64,000 nucleotides of DNA from Camelus ferus (lineage: Eukaryota). The position numbers and the translations under genes were made by a program. This document shows, piece after piece, positions 27,075 through 39,556 of the stretch. The stretch is from assembly GCF_009834535.1 (NCBI RefSeq), contig NC_045696.1, forward strand, positions 85,872,001 through 85,936,000, in the 5' to 3' direction. Below the pieces are notes generated by a model. It made no database searches. It saw only the letters and a program-made list of their open reading frames with translations, and had not been told where the DNA came from. Every line of letters starts with the position of its first letter. Position 1 is the first letter of the stretch.

Positions 27075-27190
27075 TATGTCCCCATTAAACTCTAGATCCT
27101 TGAAAGGAGAGAGGCTACCAGTAATCACCTTTATATTCCCCCTATCCAGCATGGCATGTCATGTAGTATAGACAGAACACATGCACTGAA
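27075..27190 (+). mobile_element. L2 fragment
   Basis: 'cccattaaactctagatccttgaaaggaga...cacctttatattcccc...agcatggcatg'. Confidence 0.5.
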
Positions 27191-28339
27191 CTAATCACCC
27201 ACATTAGTTATATAGTTCTTAAAATACTATTCATCAATTATTTTTGTCTTTCTCTGCTGCATTAGTGTGTGTGTATGTGTGTATAGCGATTTTTCCACAA
27301 GCATTTTAACATGTTTATTGTATATCAGATTAACACAGATCAGATTATTGTAAATCAGAGGGGTACAGCAAAAGCACCAAGAGTGATCTACTGACAACAA
27401 AAGGAAACCCCTTTTCACATAAGTACAGATGGAATACCTTCTGATACTTGCAGATGCTTATATAACAGCTGGTCAAAGATACAGCAGTGAAGAAAGACAT
27501 TCAATAATAAGGATGTGATGCCTCGTACGCACTGGAATTTCCTGTAATTACTATATATATTAATTGTAAATTGAAAGTAAAAACAGCAGTTGCAATGGGT
27601 TTTGCAGATTTTAGCAAGTAATTTAGAATTTTGGTATAATGTCTTCCACCTAATGAATTCATTAATAATTGTATTTCTTTCTGAAACTCAGTTCTTTCAA
27701 ATATGTATTCACCCAAGATGGTGCACACATATTGCAGCTTAGGTCTAATAATATTTAATATTGCAGATAAGTTTATGCATCATATTTTATCAAGTAGACT
27801 TTTGTTAGTGATGTGCAATCACATAATTAAATTACACTCATGTCTGCTATTAAAAATAACCACTAAGAAATGTCTTGTGCTTCATAGTATCAGATATTGT
27901 AACATCATGCTAATATACATTGATGAGATTTGTATTATTTAATATATGATGAGGCATCCAATAATGCCAGAAGGACTAGGACAGATCAGCAAGTCCCGAG
28001 GGTATATAATAATCACAAAGAGGAGGAAATATGATTACAAATTATAATTATATTTAACTTGAGTATCTCAAGGAAATGAATAAAACATAATTGCTATTTA
28101 AGTATATACTTGTAGTTACTGAAAGCTTTTCATGAGAAGAGAAAATATGAAGGGATATTTTACAAGAAGCACCAAAAGCAAAAACTGTGAATTAAAATAA
28201 GGAAATGTTTGTAACAAATAAGGTCTTAGATTAAAATTGCTCATAGAAAAATCTCAGACTCTCAGTAAGGTACCGGGTACTTAAGCATTTATATAAATAA
28301 AACTCAATGCTTGAGTGGATTTGTGTTATACTGCCCCAA

Positions 28340-30432
28340 TTCTGGTTGAAGAGGACAAAATGTTGCTAGTTTCTTAATTGAGCAGGCTGCCCGATGGTCT
28401 GTGCCCATGCTGTAGTCAGGTAAGAAACCCCGAATTGTAAAAAGCCTCCCTTTTATCTCTCCATTTTTTTGGAATACTAGCCAGAAGAACCACCCTCTCC
28501 AAATTCAAGTTTTTACTATTGAAAAAGCAGGATAATACAGGCTCTGGAATCCCATTAGGATCATCATCTGGTTGGAAAACCTGGGAAGCCAGGAATCTTG
28601 CCTGAAGGTCTTCCTTTTAAAATGCTAATATCTTTCTGTTATGTTTGGAATGGGTATGTGAGAAACCAGTTCTGCAGTTGCCTAAGGACAGTCCTTTTAA
28701 TTTGGATAAATTAACATCAGTTTATTTGTAAAGATGAATGAGAGCACAATTCCTTTAGCTGTTAATAAATTACCTGCTGTGTTTGAGGACACAGGTTTGC
28801 GTGTCTGGTGGCCTACCTCTGAGTCCTCTTCATGTTTTATTTCAGCTTCCACCCTTAATAGTCCCATATTATCCATACACCACGTGGATAGGAAAGCAGA
28901 CATGATCAAGGAACCTGATCAGGAAATAATTGAGAACTTCTGTAAAAGACTGTGCCCTCATATGTAGGCAACAAGATGAAGAGTAGCTGAACTAACTGCT
29001 TGGAAAAGGCAAATAAACAAGCTGTTAACCTGGTGAATATCAGCTAGGGAAAGAAAACCGAAGTGCCACATAACTTACATTTTTCTTGTCTCAATACATG
29101 GAAAACTCGCCCTTCGTATTTTGATGGCCAGCAAAGCTGATGCCATTGAGAAGCTGTCTAGGGCCCCTGAATTATCCACATGCCTTTCTCACCAAGAGAA
29201 AGCTCATTTAAAACCTTCTTGTCCTTCTGCAGAAGTACTCCCAAGTATGTTTTCACTTCTCTAGATCCTCTGGTGTGGGCCCTAGATCTGAAAAGGTTTT
29301 TGACCAACTGAAATTAGCAATAGCCTCTCCTTCACCTTTGGAGATCCCAAATTTTGAAACACCTGGCCTGGTTTATCTGATATGCCTATTCATTTTGCGT
29401 ATTTGATAATGCTTATTGATAGGTCATGTTCCTGGGATCAAAGTGGCCCACTTAAGGCTTCCTACCTTGAGGTGACATCATAAAACCTTGAAAGCTTAAG
29501 TTTTGTCTGGAATTAAGTCTGTTTGGGCAGAAGAGTAAATAGTAGTTATTACAGCTGCAATTCTTGACTCTGGATTTAATATGAATCTATCTATTTATTT
29601 ATCTAATATATCTTTGGTGTCTGTCATACAATAGAGAATTTTTTTTTAAATAGAGGATTTTCTACTGTAAGTGAGAACTAAAATATATCATGAAAAATTT
29701 ATAGCAGCTTTGTCAGAACCTTTACAACTGCCTGTTCAGATATCAGTAATTCACTGTAGAGCTCACATAGGGCAGAAGGACAAAGCTTTCAAAGGCAATA
29801 ATTTTGCTGATAGAGCTGCAAAAGCTGCTATTAAAACATGGCAGCCTTTAAACTTAGTAACTCTGCCTTTAACACATTAAGAAAATTTTGTTCATTTTCA
29901 AAAATATTTCTTATAAAAGAAACTAGGCAAATGTATTGTAAAAGGAACTAAAAGAGATTTGATAGGACTGTGGAAATTACCTGACAAAATTATTCCTACA
30001 CCACAGTTCCTGTTTGCTCGATTAGTAGTGTTATGTCATTAAAAAAATCATCTCAATAAAGGAATTTTAAAGACCCTATGCCTACTAGAAAGAAAAAAAA
30101 TGTTTCAAACGTATTTTAAAAAGACTTCTGATTTGTTAACAGAATTTTTACAGGCCACTCTTAAGGTAAGCAAATTTCTGGTAACTTTACCAGAAATCTG
30201 GTAGCAGATGGATTTCACTGAACTAATGCTTGTAAAGATAAGAGATACTGTCTCATTTTGATGTATATGATGTCCGGATAGTCTGAGGTCTTTTCCTCTT
30301 CAAAAGCTGATACTTAGACAGAGGTAAGAGCTCTTTTAGTAATTTCCACTTTGGAATGCCAGAGAATCTGGATCAGAAAGTTATTTTACTGCTACTCTCA
30401 TGCAGGAATTAAGCAAATGTTTACAGATCCCT
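28340..30432 (+). mobile_element. Class I (ERV1, gamma-like) endogenous retrovirus internal remnant: gag-MA, RT connection, RNase H and integrase pieces; non-coding
   Basis: Manual translation across frameshifts. ~28619-28713 KMLISFCYVWNGY..QLPKDSPFNLDKL (gag matrix-like). ~29264-29364 DPLVW/SEKVFDQLKLAIASPSPLEIPNFETP (RT connection). ~29480-29830 RNase H (YIFGVCH...ISVIHCRAHIGQKDKAFKGNNFADRAAKAA). ~30199-30432 integrase core (W*QMDFTEL..RYCLILMYMMSG*SEVFSSSKADT..FHFGMPENLD). Confidence 0.88.
29671..29880 (+). pseudogene. pol: Retroviral RNase H C-terminal half (open segment of the ERV fossil)
   Basis: IHCRAH...GNNFADRAAKAA matches the retroviral RNase H H..H...GN..AD.AA motif. Confidence 0.88.
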
Positions 30433-30649
30433 AACCTAAGTAGCGCCAACCTACAGTTCAGATTTTAGCACAAATGTCATCAATTTGCATTCCTTTTTAT
30501 AGATTTAGAACCATGTTATCATTTCTTCATAACTTTACACTTAAATTCTCATATATGCGTGTTCATAGATATGTACATGTTAACATTTATGTATGTATGT
30601 ACATAGATTATATATAATTAAAATATTATATATAATTATAATTTATAAG

Positions 30650-30770
30650 TTTCTACACTGAAACTGAAGCTTCCATAAGAGCAGAAATCAATTTGGTTAA
30701 GACAATGCCTAACAAAAATAAATGCTTAGTGAATATTTAATAAATAAATGGGCTTATGAATGAATAATTT
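30650..30770 (+). mobile_element. L2 3' end
   Basis: 'aactgaagcttccataagagcagaaa...aatgcctaaca...tgcttagtgaatatttaataaataaatg'. Confidence 0.6.
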
Positions 30771-31929
30771 ATTTTGCCTGCTTTTTAGCACCAAACGCAC
30801 TTATTTGACAATGGGGCTATGACTGCAGATACTACTCAACTTCAAAATAAACAGCTGGTTGTGTCTTTAAGGAGGCATTTTAAAGAAAAGTGCATTGAGT
30901 TGTCAATTCAAAAATGAGCGTAAGACCTATCTTCATAATATGTGCATTTTTAGAGATGATGGTGAATGTGTTAGATTTAATTTAAATACAGTGGTAGTTA
31001 ATAAAGAAGCTCTTTGCTGTTTTTGTGGTTATTGCTTTACATGGATATATATTTCAAGTAGCATATAATAAGGAAGATGTCCCAGTCGTGTAGTATTTTC
31101 AGAGTATTTTCAAACATTTGCAGAGATTTGTGGGCTGCTTTGTGTTTACTGAGCTATAAATTCTTGTATACTTTAATGCCTTTTTTCCACATAAGTACTA
31201 ACAGCTTTGATTCATGTATTGTTTTTCTGTGCCAGTATTTCGGGACGTTATGCCGTGGTTTCCTGTTTCAGAGTTTTCCCATTAAAGCATACATGCTCTT
31301 GTTCACTCAAATGAACATTTGAAATAGAAGAAAAAAACCCCAGCAGTGCTCCCTGACTTGTTTCCTGAGACTAAAGTAGACAGAAATGGACATTTTAAAC
31401 TTGGGTTTAACAGTGAAAGCAAAGCATTCCTCTGTCGTATTAGAGGTTGAGGAAGCTAAAGAGACTTTTATCCTTACAAGTTCTGGGCCATGTTTTTCTG
31501 ATGAGAAATCAACTTCTATTGTGAGAAAAAGAGGGAGCAACAAGAGGCTTTTGTACTCCTGCACATAAGATAGACATAGAAGAGAAAAGAAAGGAAGGGT
31601 GATTGAGCTGTGGGTCCATAAGGCAGCCAGAGTCAGAGCTCAGTGTGAGCTAAGTATCAGGCTGGCCAGGCACTGGCGGTTCTGCGTCTGTGGACTGTGT
31701 GAAGGACCTGCGTGAGTCAGCTTTGCAGAGACCAAAGGTGGCTGCTGCCCAGGCGGTCCATTTGAGCTGTGTGTGTAGGCATTCTTCAGGGTTGGAACCC
31801 TTGCCAATACCTCACTGTGAATTCATCACAGTCTGCTGTAAAGCTGGTATCTGAGGAAGCCCTTCCAAGCTCCATGCTCTGTGGACTCCATTCGCCAATC
31901 GAATACAAGAACAATTAGGGAAAAGAGTA

Positions 31930-32640
31930 AATAGAAGGGAAATATGAAAAAAGAAATCATTTTTTAAATTTCCAGAATTAAAAATATTCTTATATTTTAA
32001 GCACCTACCCATTTATCCAAACCCTGAAAAAATGAAAGAAAGGAAGAAAGGCGAAAGCAAGGAGTCATGGAACTAAAGCACGATATCATAAAATGTGAAA
32101 AATGTTTGAAATAAGGAAACTGAAACTATTTCAGAAATATATACAATAAACACCAAAAAGAAAAAATGTAATAAACACTTACTAAAAGAAAAGATCAATT
32201 AAAAGAAATCACAATGATATCTTCAATCTCAACTCCTGAAAGACAATGGAGTAATGCCTTACGAATTCCACAGATTGTCTGTGTTTTTCCCACTAGTCCC
32301 ATCAGTGGGAACAGGTACACACACATATACACACTCCCCCTCACATCCCACGCACACACTGGGAAGATAATATGAGAGAATATAGCATTAGTGCGAACTA
32401 AATCTTCATTGACTGAAAAATAATATATGTATTTTTAACTGATAAAGACATTTTGTGAAATATATTATTTAAAAATAGAGATAAATACAAAAAGAACATA
32501 ATCAAAGTAGCATACTTGCTTTTAAGAACAAGACTGCAAATAAGAGTAGGAGATTCTTGTTTATCTTGTAAGTCTTTAATGCTGCTAATCCTTTAATATT
32601 GTGTCTGTAACTTATTTGATTAAATAAATATCATATATAA
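31930..32640 (+). mobile_element. HAL1/old L1-like degenerate fragments
   Basis: A-rich stretch with 'gaaagacaatggagtaatgccttacgaattc', resembling an L1 ORF1/HAL1 motif. Confidence 0.4.
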
Positions 32641-33149
32641 TTATTAAATACTTATCAAATATTCCAAATTACATTTCATTCAAGTAATTCATAATAGGAT
32701 TATTTACTGCCTGTATGAATCAAATACTTGTCTTGATGCTTAAGCTCTATGTATATTAATATGATCTCTGCTCTCGAGGAGCTTATAATTTGGGAGAATG
32801 GCAATCAGTCACTATATAACTAGTTGCATTAAGAATCTTCAGGTATAACATCAAGGGTCCTGTTCTGTTTGTGAAAAGGAAACAGTTGTCTATTTGTTAC
32901 AGCATTTGGCATAGAATAACGGGCTCAAATTCCCTTTAGTTCACTTCTAGTTAGCTAAGTAATTTATTTCTGATTATTAGAAATTATGCATGCTTGTTAC
33001 AATTTTAAAAATCATAATAATTCTTACCTCCAAGATAAAAGTATTATATAATTTCATAACTTGCAAAATAATCATAATTACTTATTTTATAGTATATTCC
33101 TGGATATTTTATAACCATTGTTATGTGTCTTTGTCTATATTTTTAAATT

Positions 33150-34000
33150 TACATTCAATAGGCACATATTTTCTGCTACAAATATACCACACTAAGCATA
33201 GTGTTGGCTTTGTGTTCTATTTTCTATTCTTTGGTAAATTTTACTTTAAAAATGTACTTTAAAGTACTTATAGATTTATGACTACAAATATTAAAGAGTA
33301 TTTCATTGAAGACAATGTGATTCATGATAAAATTCCCTATGATGAGCATTTGTTTCCTTTAAATATTTTTTCTATTACCAACAGTACTGAAATAAACGTT
33401 CTGTAATTATTGCAAGTACTTTTATATGACAGTTTTAAATATAGAAATAATTAATTAGAATATGAATATTTTATATTTTGATATATATTGCTAAATTCTT
33501 CAGAAGGACTATAACATACTATATATCCTCTGGAAATGAAATTGCTGTTTTCACCAAATTCTTCAATAATTAAGTGTTAAGTTTTGTTAATTTTCATAAG
33601 TTGGATCAGTTAAAATAATATATTTTACTTATTTAAAATCAATTGGTTGAGTTATTAGTTAGGTTTATATCTATTTATATTTTTACCTACCTTTGTGTTT
33701 CTTTTAATATAAATTGCTCACTTTTATATCTACTGAGGCAATTTGTCTTAATTTTTGGAGCTCTTTTTTTTTCTGGTGAAATTAGCATATTATTTGTTTA
33801 AAATATTTTCCTAAATATGTTAACTCTTTCAGGTTTATTCATAGCATCTTTTGAAGTTTAAAAACTTATATGTAATTTTCCCCTTATTTTTCTCTCTTTA
33901 GGGTTAAGCAAAGGAAGGGTTTCTACAATTTTAATTATAGAAATATTTTCCACATTTTTTTCCTAGAACTTTTTGTTTTGTTTTGCAGTGGAGTTTTGTT
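33150..34000 (-). mobile_element. Very old L1 (L1ME-like) antisense fragment
   Basis: T-rich stretch with 'gatgagcatttgtttc...tttgatatatattgctaaatt...gctgttttcaccaaattcttcaata'. Confidence 0.5.
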
Positions 34001-34199
34001 TGTTAGCTATTTTGATTGTTAGTAGAGGTCTAAATTTAAACCATTATTTTATTATCTTCAACTTAGAAATTGAAGAAATAGAAATAATGTTGCAAGGAAT
34101 GGAGATAATTTCTCTTTCTCCTATTTAGTAATATGTAATATATAACATATTATATATAATATAGTAATATAGTTAATCTGCCTAATTAAAAACCAGTTT

Positions 34200-34690
34200 A
34201 AACCGTTTGGCAATGTAAGAAACATTATTGGGTTGCATCACTTAAATATCCGGTGGTGGTTCTGACCCCAGTCTGACCTTCATCTTAGAGTTCAAGTGAA
34301 CATTCTTCAGGTTCAAACAATGCCATCAGAACTTGGTCTTTAAAAAAAATTTATCTCTTAGTTTTTCCTTGGTTTCAAATTCAGATACATGTCAACTTGG
34401 CTAATGAATCTGAAGTTTACAGATCCCAGTTTCAAATCCAAAGAGAAAGAAATGATTGTTTCTATAGTTTGAACAAAAGTCCTGGGGTTAGTTTTCCATG
34501 GTGTTAGGACTAAACCTCATTCCCTAAGCAAAGAGGAACTGGGTCATGAGATGTTGCTCAGTGGGTTTCTCCTCTCTACTTAAACTGCATGCACTACCCC
34601 TTGAGCTGCGTGAGAGTGAAGTCATGAAAAAATTTGAGTAATTTTATAAGATGAGGGAAAATGAATTTGAACCCCAAGAAAAATAAGTAT
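34200..34690 (-). mobile_element. Old MaLR LTR (MLT1-like) fragment
   Basis: 'tattgggttgcatcacttaaatatcc...caggttcaaacaatgccatcagaac...aacaaaagtcctggg'. Confidence 0.45.
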
Positions 34691-34942
34691 CCATTATTAG
34701 GAACTAATTATGCTACCACCCATTTAAAATGCAATGAACCATTTCTAACATTTGTTTGAAGTATCACTTAAGTGTAAAGGCTAAATTTTCTTGTGTTGAA
34801 TTTCTTTCCCCAAGCTCAGGGATGCTGCTTGGTAGGCATGTTGTTGATTCTGTTGAGCACTTTGATGGTGGCTGGATATGACTGCATTATTTGAATTGTA
34901 AATATCAACAAAATAGCCTTATATACTATGGACAGTGGATAC

Positions 34943-35440
34943 TGTCAGTGTCCTCCCCATATTATTTGGCAGACACTGATCCTTTATGTGTTGCCATTCA
35001 CATGTCGTGTAAAATCATGTTCCTTACATATCAATGGCTTCTACAGAAAACATTTCTTTGCCTAAGATCTTTTGCTGTTTACAAAATCATTCTCAGTCCA
35101 TATACGGTATGGAGTATTCCAAAGGTGTCTATGGGGTTAATAACCTGCAGAGCATCCCTCAGAAATCACAGATGGGAGTTAGTGGATAAATACATCAGAT
35201 TCCTTGTTCTGGAGAGGGACAACTCAGAGTCAGATTATATTCACATTCTCAGAAGTCTCCAGTGGGATTGAGTCTTGGTTGCCCACAGAGGAATCTACTC
35301 ATGAATGATTTGTATTGGCTTCCTTCTCTTCTGTGTCTCATTCCCCACTGTCTCACCAGTGCTTCTAGGAGTCACTTCCCAAATCAATTGTGTCCTATCA
35401 AATAATTATCAGTTTCTGTAGAAATCCAACCCAAACCAGC
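34943..35440 (+). mobile_element. LTR16-family (ERV-L) LTR
   Basis: 'gatgggagttagtggataaatac...gagggacaactcagag...gtgggattgag...ttggttgcccacag...cttcccaaatcaa' are LTR16 hallmarks. Starts with TG after a purine-rich 'gtggatac'. Confidence 0.8.
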
Positions 35441-35879
35441 AAATTATGTATTTATTTAATTCAATCACAATTGCACTACACAATTTGTCACACAAACCTG
35501 TAAGTAGTACATAACTCATAGTACATAAAGCCCAAGATTCTGTGTTCAAGTTTTACATTATCAGTGTTACTTGCTGAGACATGACTTTATATGTGGCTGA
35601 CATCCTTTCCCATGCATACCCTGCAAGTCTGCAGCAAATGTTGACATCAGTGAACCCACGTGATGTAAGATCTTCTATTTCCTTTTAGTTTTCCTTCAGA
35701 TGAATGTCAAAAGGGCATGTGTGTAATTTGGAAGTTGATAAGAATTCTTACTGCCAAAGCTTATAATTTCAGATGTGTAAGATATGAATGCTAGTTATAA
35801 TAAAAATACATACATTCATAAAAGCTTCTATCCCTACACCATGCTTTTGGAAGCTCTAGTCTCTTTTTTTATCTACTCT

Positions 35880-36300
35880 TACACGTAGCTCTCAAATTAA
35901 TTGTTTTAACTACTGAAGTTTTAAAATTAATTTTAATATATGGCATACATGTATTCTTCGTTTTCAATGTTTTTGGTTATTTCAAACATCTGTTACCCCA
36001 TATTAATCTGATTATAAATTTATCCAGTTGAGCATAACAAAAGAAATCTTATAAAGATTTTGATTGGAGCTATATTAATTTTGTGAAGTACATACAGAAT
36101 GATGAAAATTTTTACCTTTAAGTCTTCCTACCCAGCCTTATGCTCTATTTCCTTTTGTTCAAGTTTTCTTTCAGGTTCTTTAGTAACATTCTTTGTATAT
36201 ATCTTGTGTATGTTATTTTTTGCAAATTATTTTAGATTTCTTACTATCATATATTATTTTCCTCCCACTTTCTAACAAGAAGATATTTATATAAAAAATC
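35880..36300 (-). mobile_element. Old L1 ORF2 antisense fragment
   Basis: 'gattttgattggagctatattaatt...agtcttcctacccag...tttccttttgttcaagttttctttc'. Confidence 0.55.
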
Positions 36301-37589
36301 TGAACTATTACTCCACTTATCCCTTGCTCTTTGTCTTCAAATCACCAAGGAAATGACTTGGTACACAGAGAAAAATGCTGCAGTTTTATTTCCCATTTTA
36401 CTACCTTTTGTGTATGTGTACAGTTCCAGCGACTACAGAAGAAAAGTCTAGGGCTTTGAAGGTGCATGTGTACTTTCTTTTGGCTGATTCATTCCAGTTG
36501 AGAATTCACCATTATAAGCATCTTAGCAGTGATCAACCATAAATAAGCATGTACTCCACAGTATTCTTACCAGTGAGTCAGCCAAGGAAAAGAATTTGAG
36601 CAATCTGAGGGAAGCATTTGGTGTCTGATTTTTGCTGTGAGCTGAATTCTCCCTATAGAAAAACAAATGTCAGCTGCTGAAATGTCAGCTTGTTTTGATT
36701 TTATGATAAACGAGCAGACAGAACCATGAGTATAGCAGTCATTGGCCAAGAGTTTAACAGGCTAAGGACAGGCCACATCAGGGTTAATTCTACCCCTGTG
36801 TTTTTGTTTGTTTGTTTGTTTGGTTTGGTTTTTTTTTAACTGTTAGAAGTTGTCTGATGATAGGGAAGGATGCTTCCCAGAGACCAAAATCAGTGACTAC
36901 AGCATTTCAGAGGGTTTTTTGTTTTTTGAGTTGGGAATTTTGATAATTTATCAGTCTGGAATGAGCACATGGAATATTTGTCCAGATATAACCAAATGGG
37001 TCAAAAATCAAATCCCCAAGCAGCCATTGCATAACTCCATCAACTGTTTGTGACTACTTTGGGGATTGTTTAGGATACAAATTCTAGCAATGTTCTACCT
37101 TGTTCCTTGAAATAAAATATTTATTGATACATTTCCTTGCTTTCCATGGATATAAGTATCATTGAATATAAACTGTGTGACTTTTTTATGTTACTTTACT
37201 ACAAGGAAGGACGCATTTCTGAATAAAGTTAAATTATGTGAGTGCCTTTTAGGTGGGTTGAAAATTAAATGTCAGTAATTTTAAGAATCTACTTCTTTGA
37301 TACCTAGAACCCTGTGTTAAACATATAGCATGCACTGTTTCACAAATATAAAGCCATTGCTGCAGAAATTATTTCTGTGTGGGCTTTGAACTAGCTTCAT
37401 GCAGGTACAGCCTAAGAATACTTCAGCTCAGGCCCAGACTTTGTCCCTGTCCCTCTTGCTTCTGGACTTCTCAGTTAACATCAACTCTGAATATGGATTT
37501 GCCTTCTCTGCCTTCACTATTTCTGCCAGCATCATTGTCCTTCTCTCCTAGGTCTTACAGGAGTCTAATCTATTGTAATCTATTGACAT

Positions 37590-38265
37590 AGTATCACACA
37601 CAACACTGTATTGCACCAGGAGCTACAGTTTTATGGTAAAGGAGGTGATATAGTGGATACATGGCTATAAGTGCCATTGGCTTTTTCATATATTCTAACA
37701 CACAGATGCAGCTGATCCAATAGAACATGAGGTTCGTGGTTAGAGCTTCCTCTTCGGGAATGCAACAAAGTTTTCGCTCAACTTGAGGCCACAACTGACA
37801 TCAAGTCATGTTGAGGTCTTTAATGCCAGTAATCCAGCAGGTACAGAAAAATGTTGCTATATTGGCAAGAATAATTGAATCTTGATTTCCATCAGGAGCC
37901 AAGATATCTGATAAACAGCAGGAACATTGAAAAATATGTCCTAAAACAGAGAACTAAGTGGCAAATGTATTATTGAAACCATCACAGTCTGACAAAGATA
38001 AAGCTAGTAAGGACCCAGACCCCTTGGTGCCTTGGTGACAAAGGAGAACAATACAGGTCAGTCAGCTGAAGGTGTGAGCAAATGACAATGGGAAATGGAG
38101 AGGAGAGACAAATATTGTTACAAACAAATGCAGCAATGAAGATTTATTACCATAATCTTCTTGCCTTCAGTCTTTTAAGAGACTGACATGGACCTTCCGG
38201 TTTATGGCAATTCTGTGATTGGTTAGACTTTGTAGAGAGTGTGAGTGTATCTGAGTTGTATGAGA
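37590..38265 (+). mobile_element. ERV-L (ERV3-16A3_I-like) internal 3' remnant: integrase and dUTPase fossil
   Basis: 37630-37728 FMVKEVI*WIHGYKCHWLFHIF*HTDAADPIEH versus recalled ERV-L IN FTAKEVQQWAH.HGIHWSYHVPHHPEAAGLIERW. ~37745-37940 FLFGNATKFSLNLRPQLTSSHVEVF/MPVIQQVQKNVAILARIIES/DFHQEPRYLINSRNIEKYV versus ERV-L dUTPase. Ends with 'gagtgtgagtgtatctgagttgtatgagag' before the LTR. Confidence 0.8.
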
Positions 38266-38690
38266 GCAGTTAATATGGAACTTCTCTTATGCATTATTTA
38301 AGAGGCTCTTGCCCTCACAGCTTTACTGTTTGAGCTGCTGCCGCTGTAAGCAGTTCTGTGGCCCTTGTTATGAGCTCCTCTTGCTTCTAGTCTGGGGCTT
38401 TGCTGTTAATGTTAAAGTGGAGATACTAAGAAGTATAGCTCATGTATTTCCCAGTGAGGGTAACATTTGACCAATGATATGTAATTTTCCCCTTCATTTC
38501 CTTGAGGATCAGTTATGACATGCATCTTATTGACATTTCAGGAGGTCCATTTAAAATGAGCAAGCAGTTATTGGCCAACTGCATTATGTATCTTTGTATT
38601 GGCTCTCCCTTGTTTTTTGAATCACGTGTCTTCCTCACTCTTGCTTCCTCCCGTTCAGACCCTGCTCTCTGGGGAACTCAGGCTCCCACA
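38266..38690 (+). mobile_element. LTR16-family LTR (3' LTR of the ERV-L remnant)
   Basis: 'gagggtaacatttgaccaatg...gtattggctctcccttg...ctcactcttgcttcc...ctgctctctggggaactcaggctcccaca'. Confidence 0.7.
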
Positions 38691-39159
38691 AACTCCAGTA
38701 CATATTCAATGAGTATTTTTTGAGGTTGTCCACTTCCTCCATATGCCAAACTTAGAACCAGCATTTCCATTACAATTTTCAGGGTGCTTATTGACTAATC
38801 TACAACACCTCAACTTTCAGGCCAGTGTCCTGTGTGGTAATTGAGTGTTACCTCCAGCCGCTCCTTGCCTTTGTACTCTTTCTTAGAGAATTCAGCTTTC
38901 TCTGAGATCTGGCCACTTTCTCTTCAATTCTTGGCAGCACTCAAAGACAACTTAGCTCAATTGCAGTGAGCATAGCCTTTTAAAATGTAAGAACTCTTTA
39001 ATCTCTCTTGGTATAACAAAAGTCACATTTTTCCAGACTTAGAGCCTTGGCTGCTTTTATTCTTTCCTAAAGAGCTTAACCTTAGAAAATAAAACAGCTA
39101 ATTTTTCATCTTTCTTACTTTCTTACAAAATTTGAGGTGAAACTATGTATTTATTGTTG

Positions 39160-39330
39160 GTAAGGTGAGAAGAATATTGGGCTTGTAAATCAGATATGCT
39201 ATTGAGTTTTCTATTTCTTATAAAATGTATGATTTTGAGTAGATCTTAGCCTCAGTTTTCTTACCTTTAATTTGGGAATGATAATATCCATAGTATAGGT
39301 TAACAAGCAATAATAGTTGTCATAGCAGTT
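39160..39330 (+). mobile_element. MIR SINE
   Basis: 'ttgggcttgtaaatcagat...gcctcagttttcttacctttaatttgggaatgataata'. Confidence 0.65.
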
Positions 39331-39556
39331 TGTTGACAATTTATAGAAATGTAGGAAGTTTCTATTATTATGGATATATAATATTAATGTTGGATGTATC
39401 CAAACATTTTTTGAAAAAAGAATGCTATGTTTACAATGAAAATGCATTTTAATGTAATATGATAGAAGTCCATCTCTCACTCATTTAAAATGAGTAAAAA
39501 TGTGCATCCATATCCCATTGAACAAGGGCCAGAATAAGGAAGTTCTGCTTGTAAAG

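Noticed and set aside
30595..30650. AT-rich quasi-palindromes (also ~1265-1350 and ~34125-34175)
   Set aside because: Low-complexity TA sequence is trivially self-complementary. No evidence of a miRNA or structured RNA.
34891..35271. 126-aa ORF
   Set aside because: It lies almost wholly within an LTR16-type LTR.
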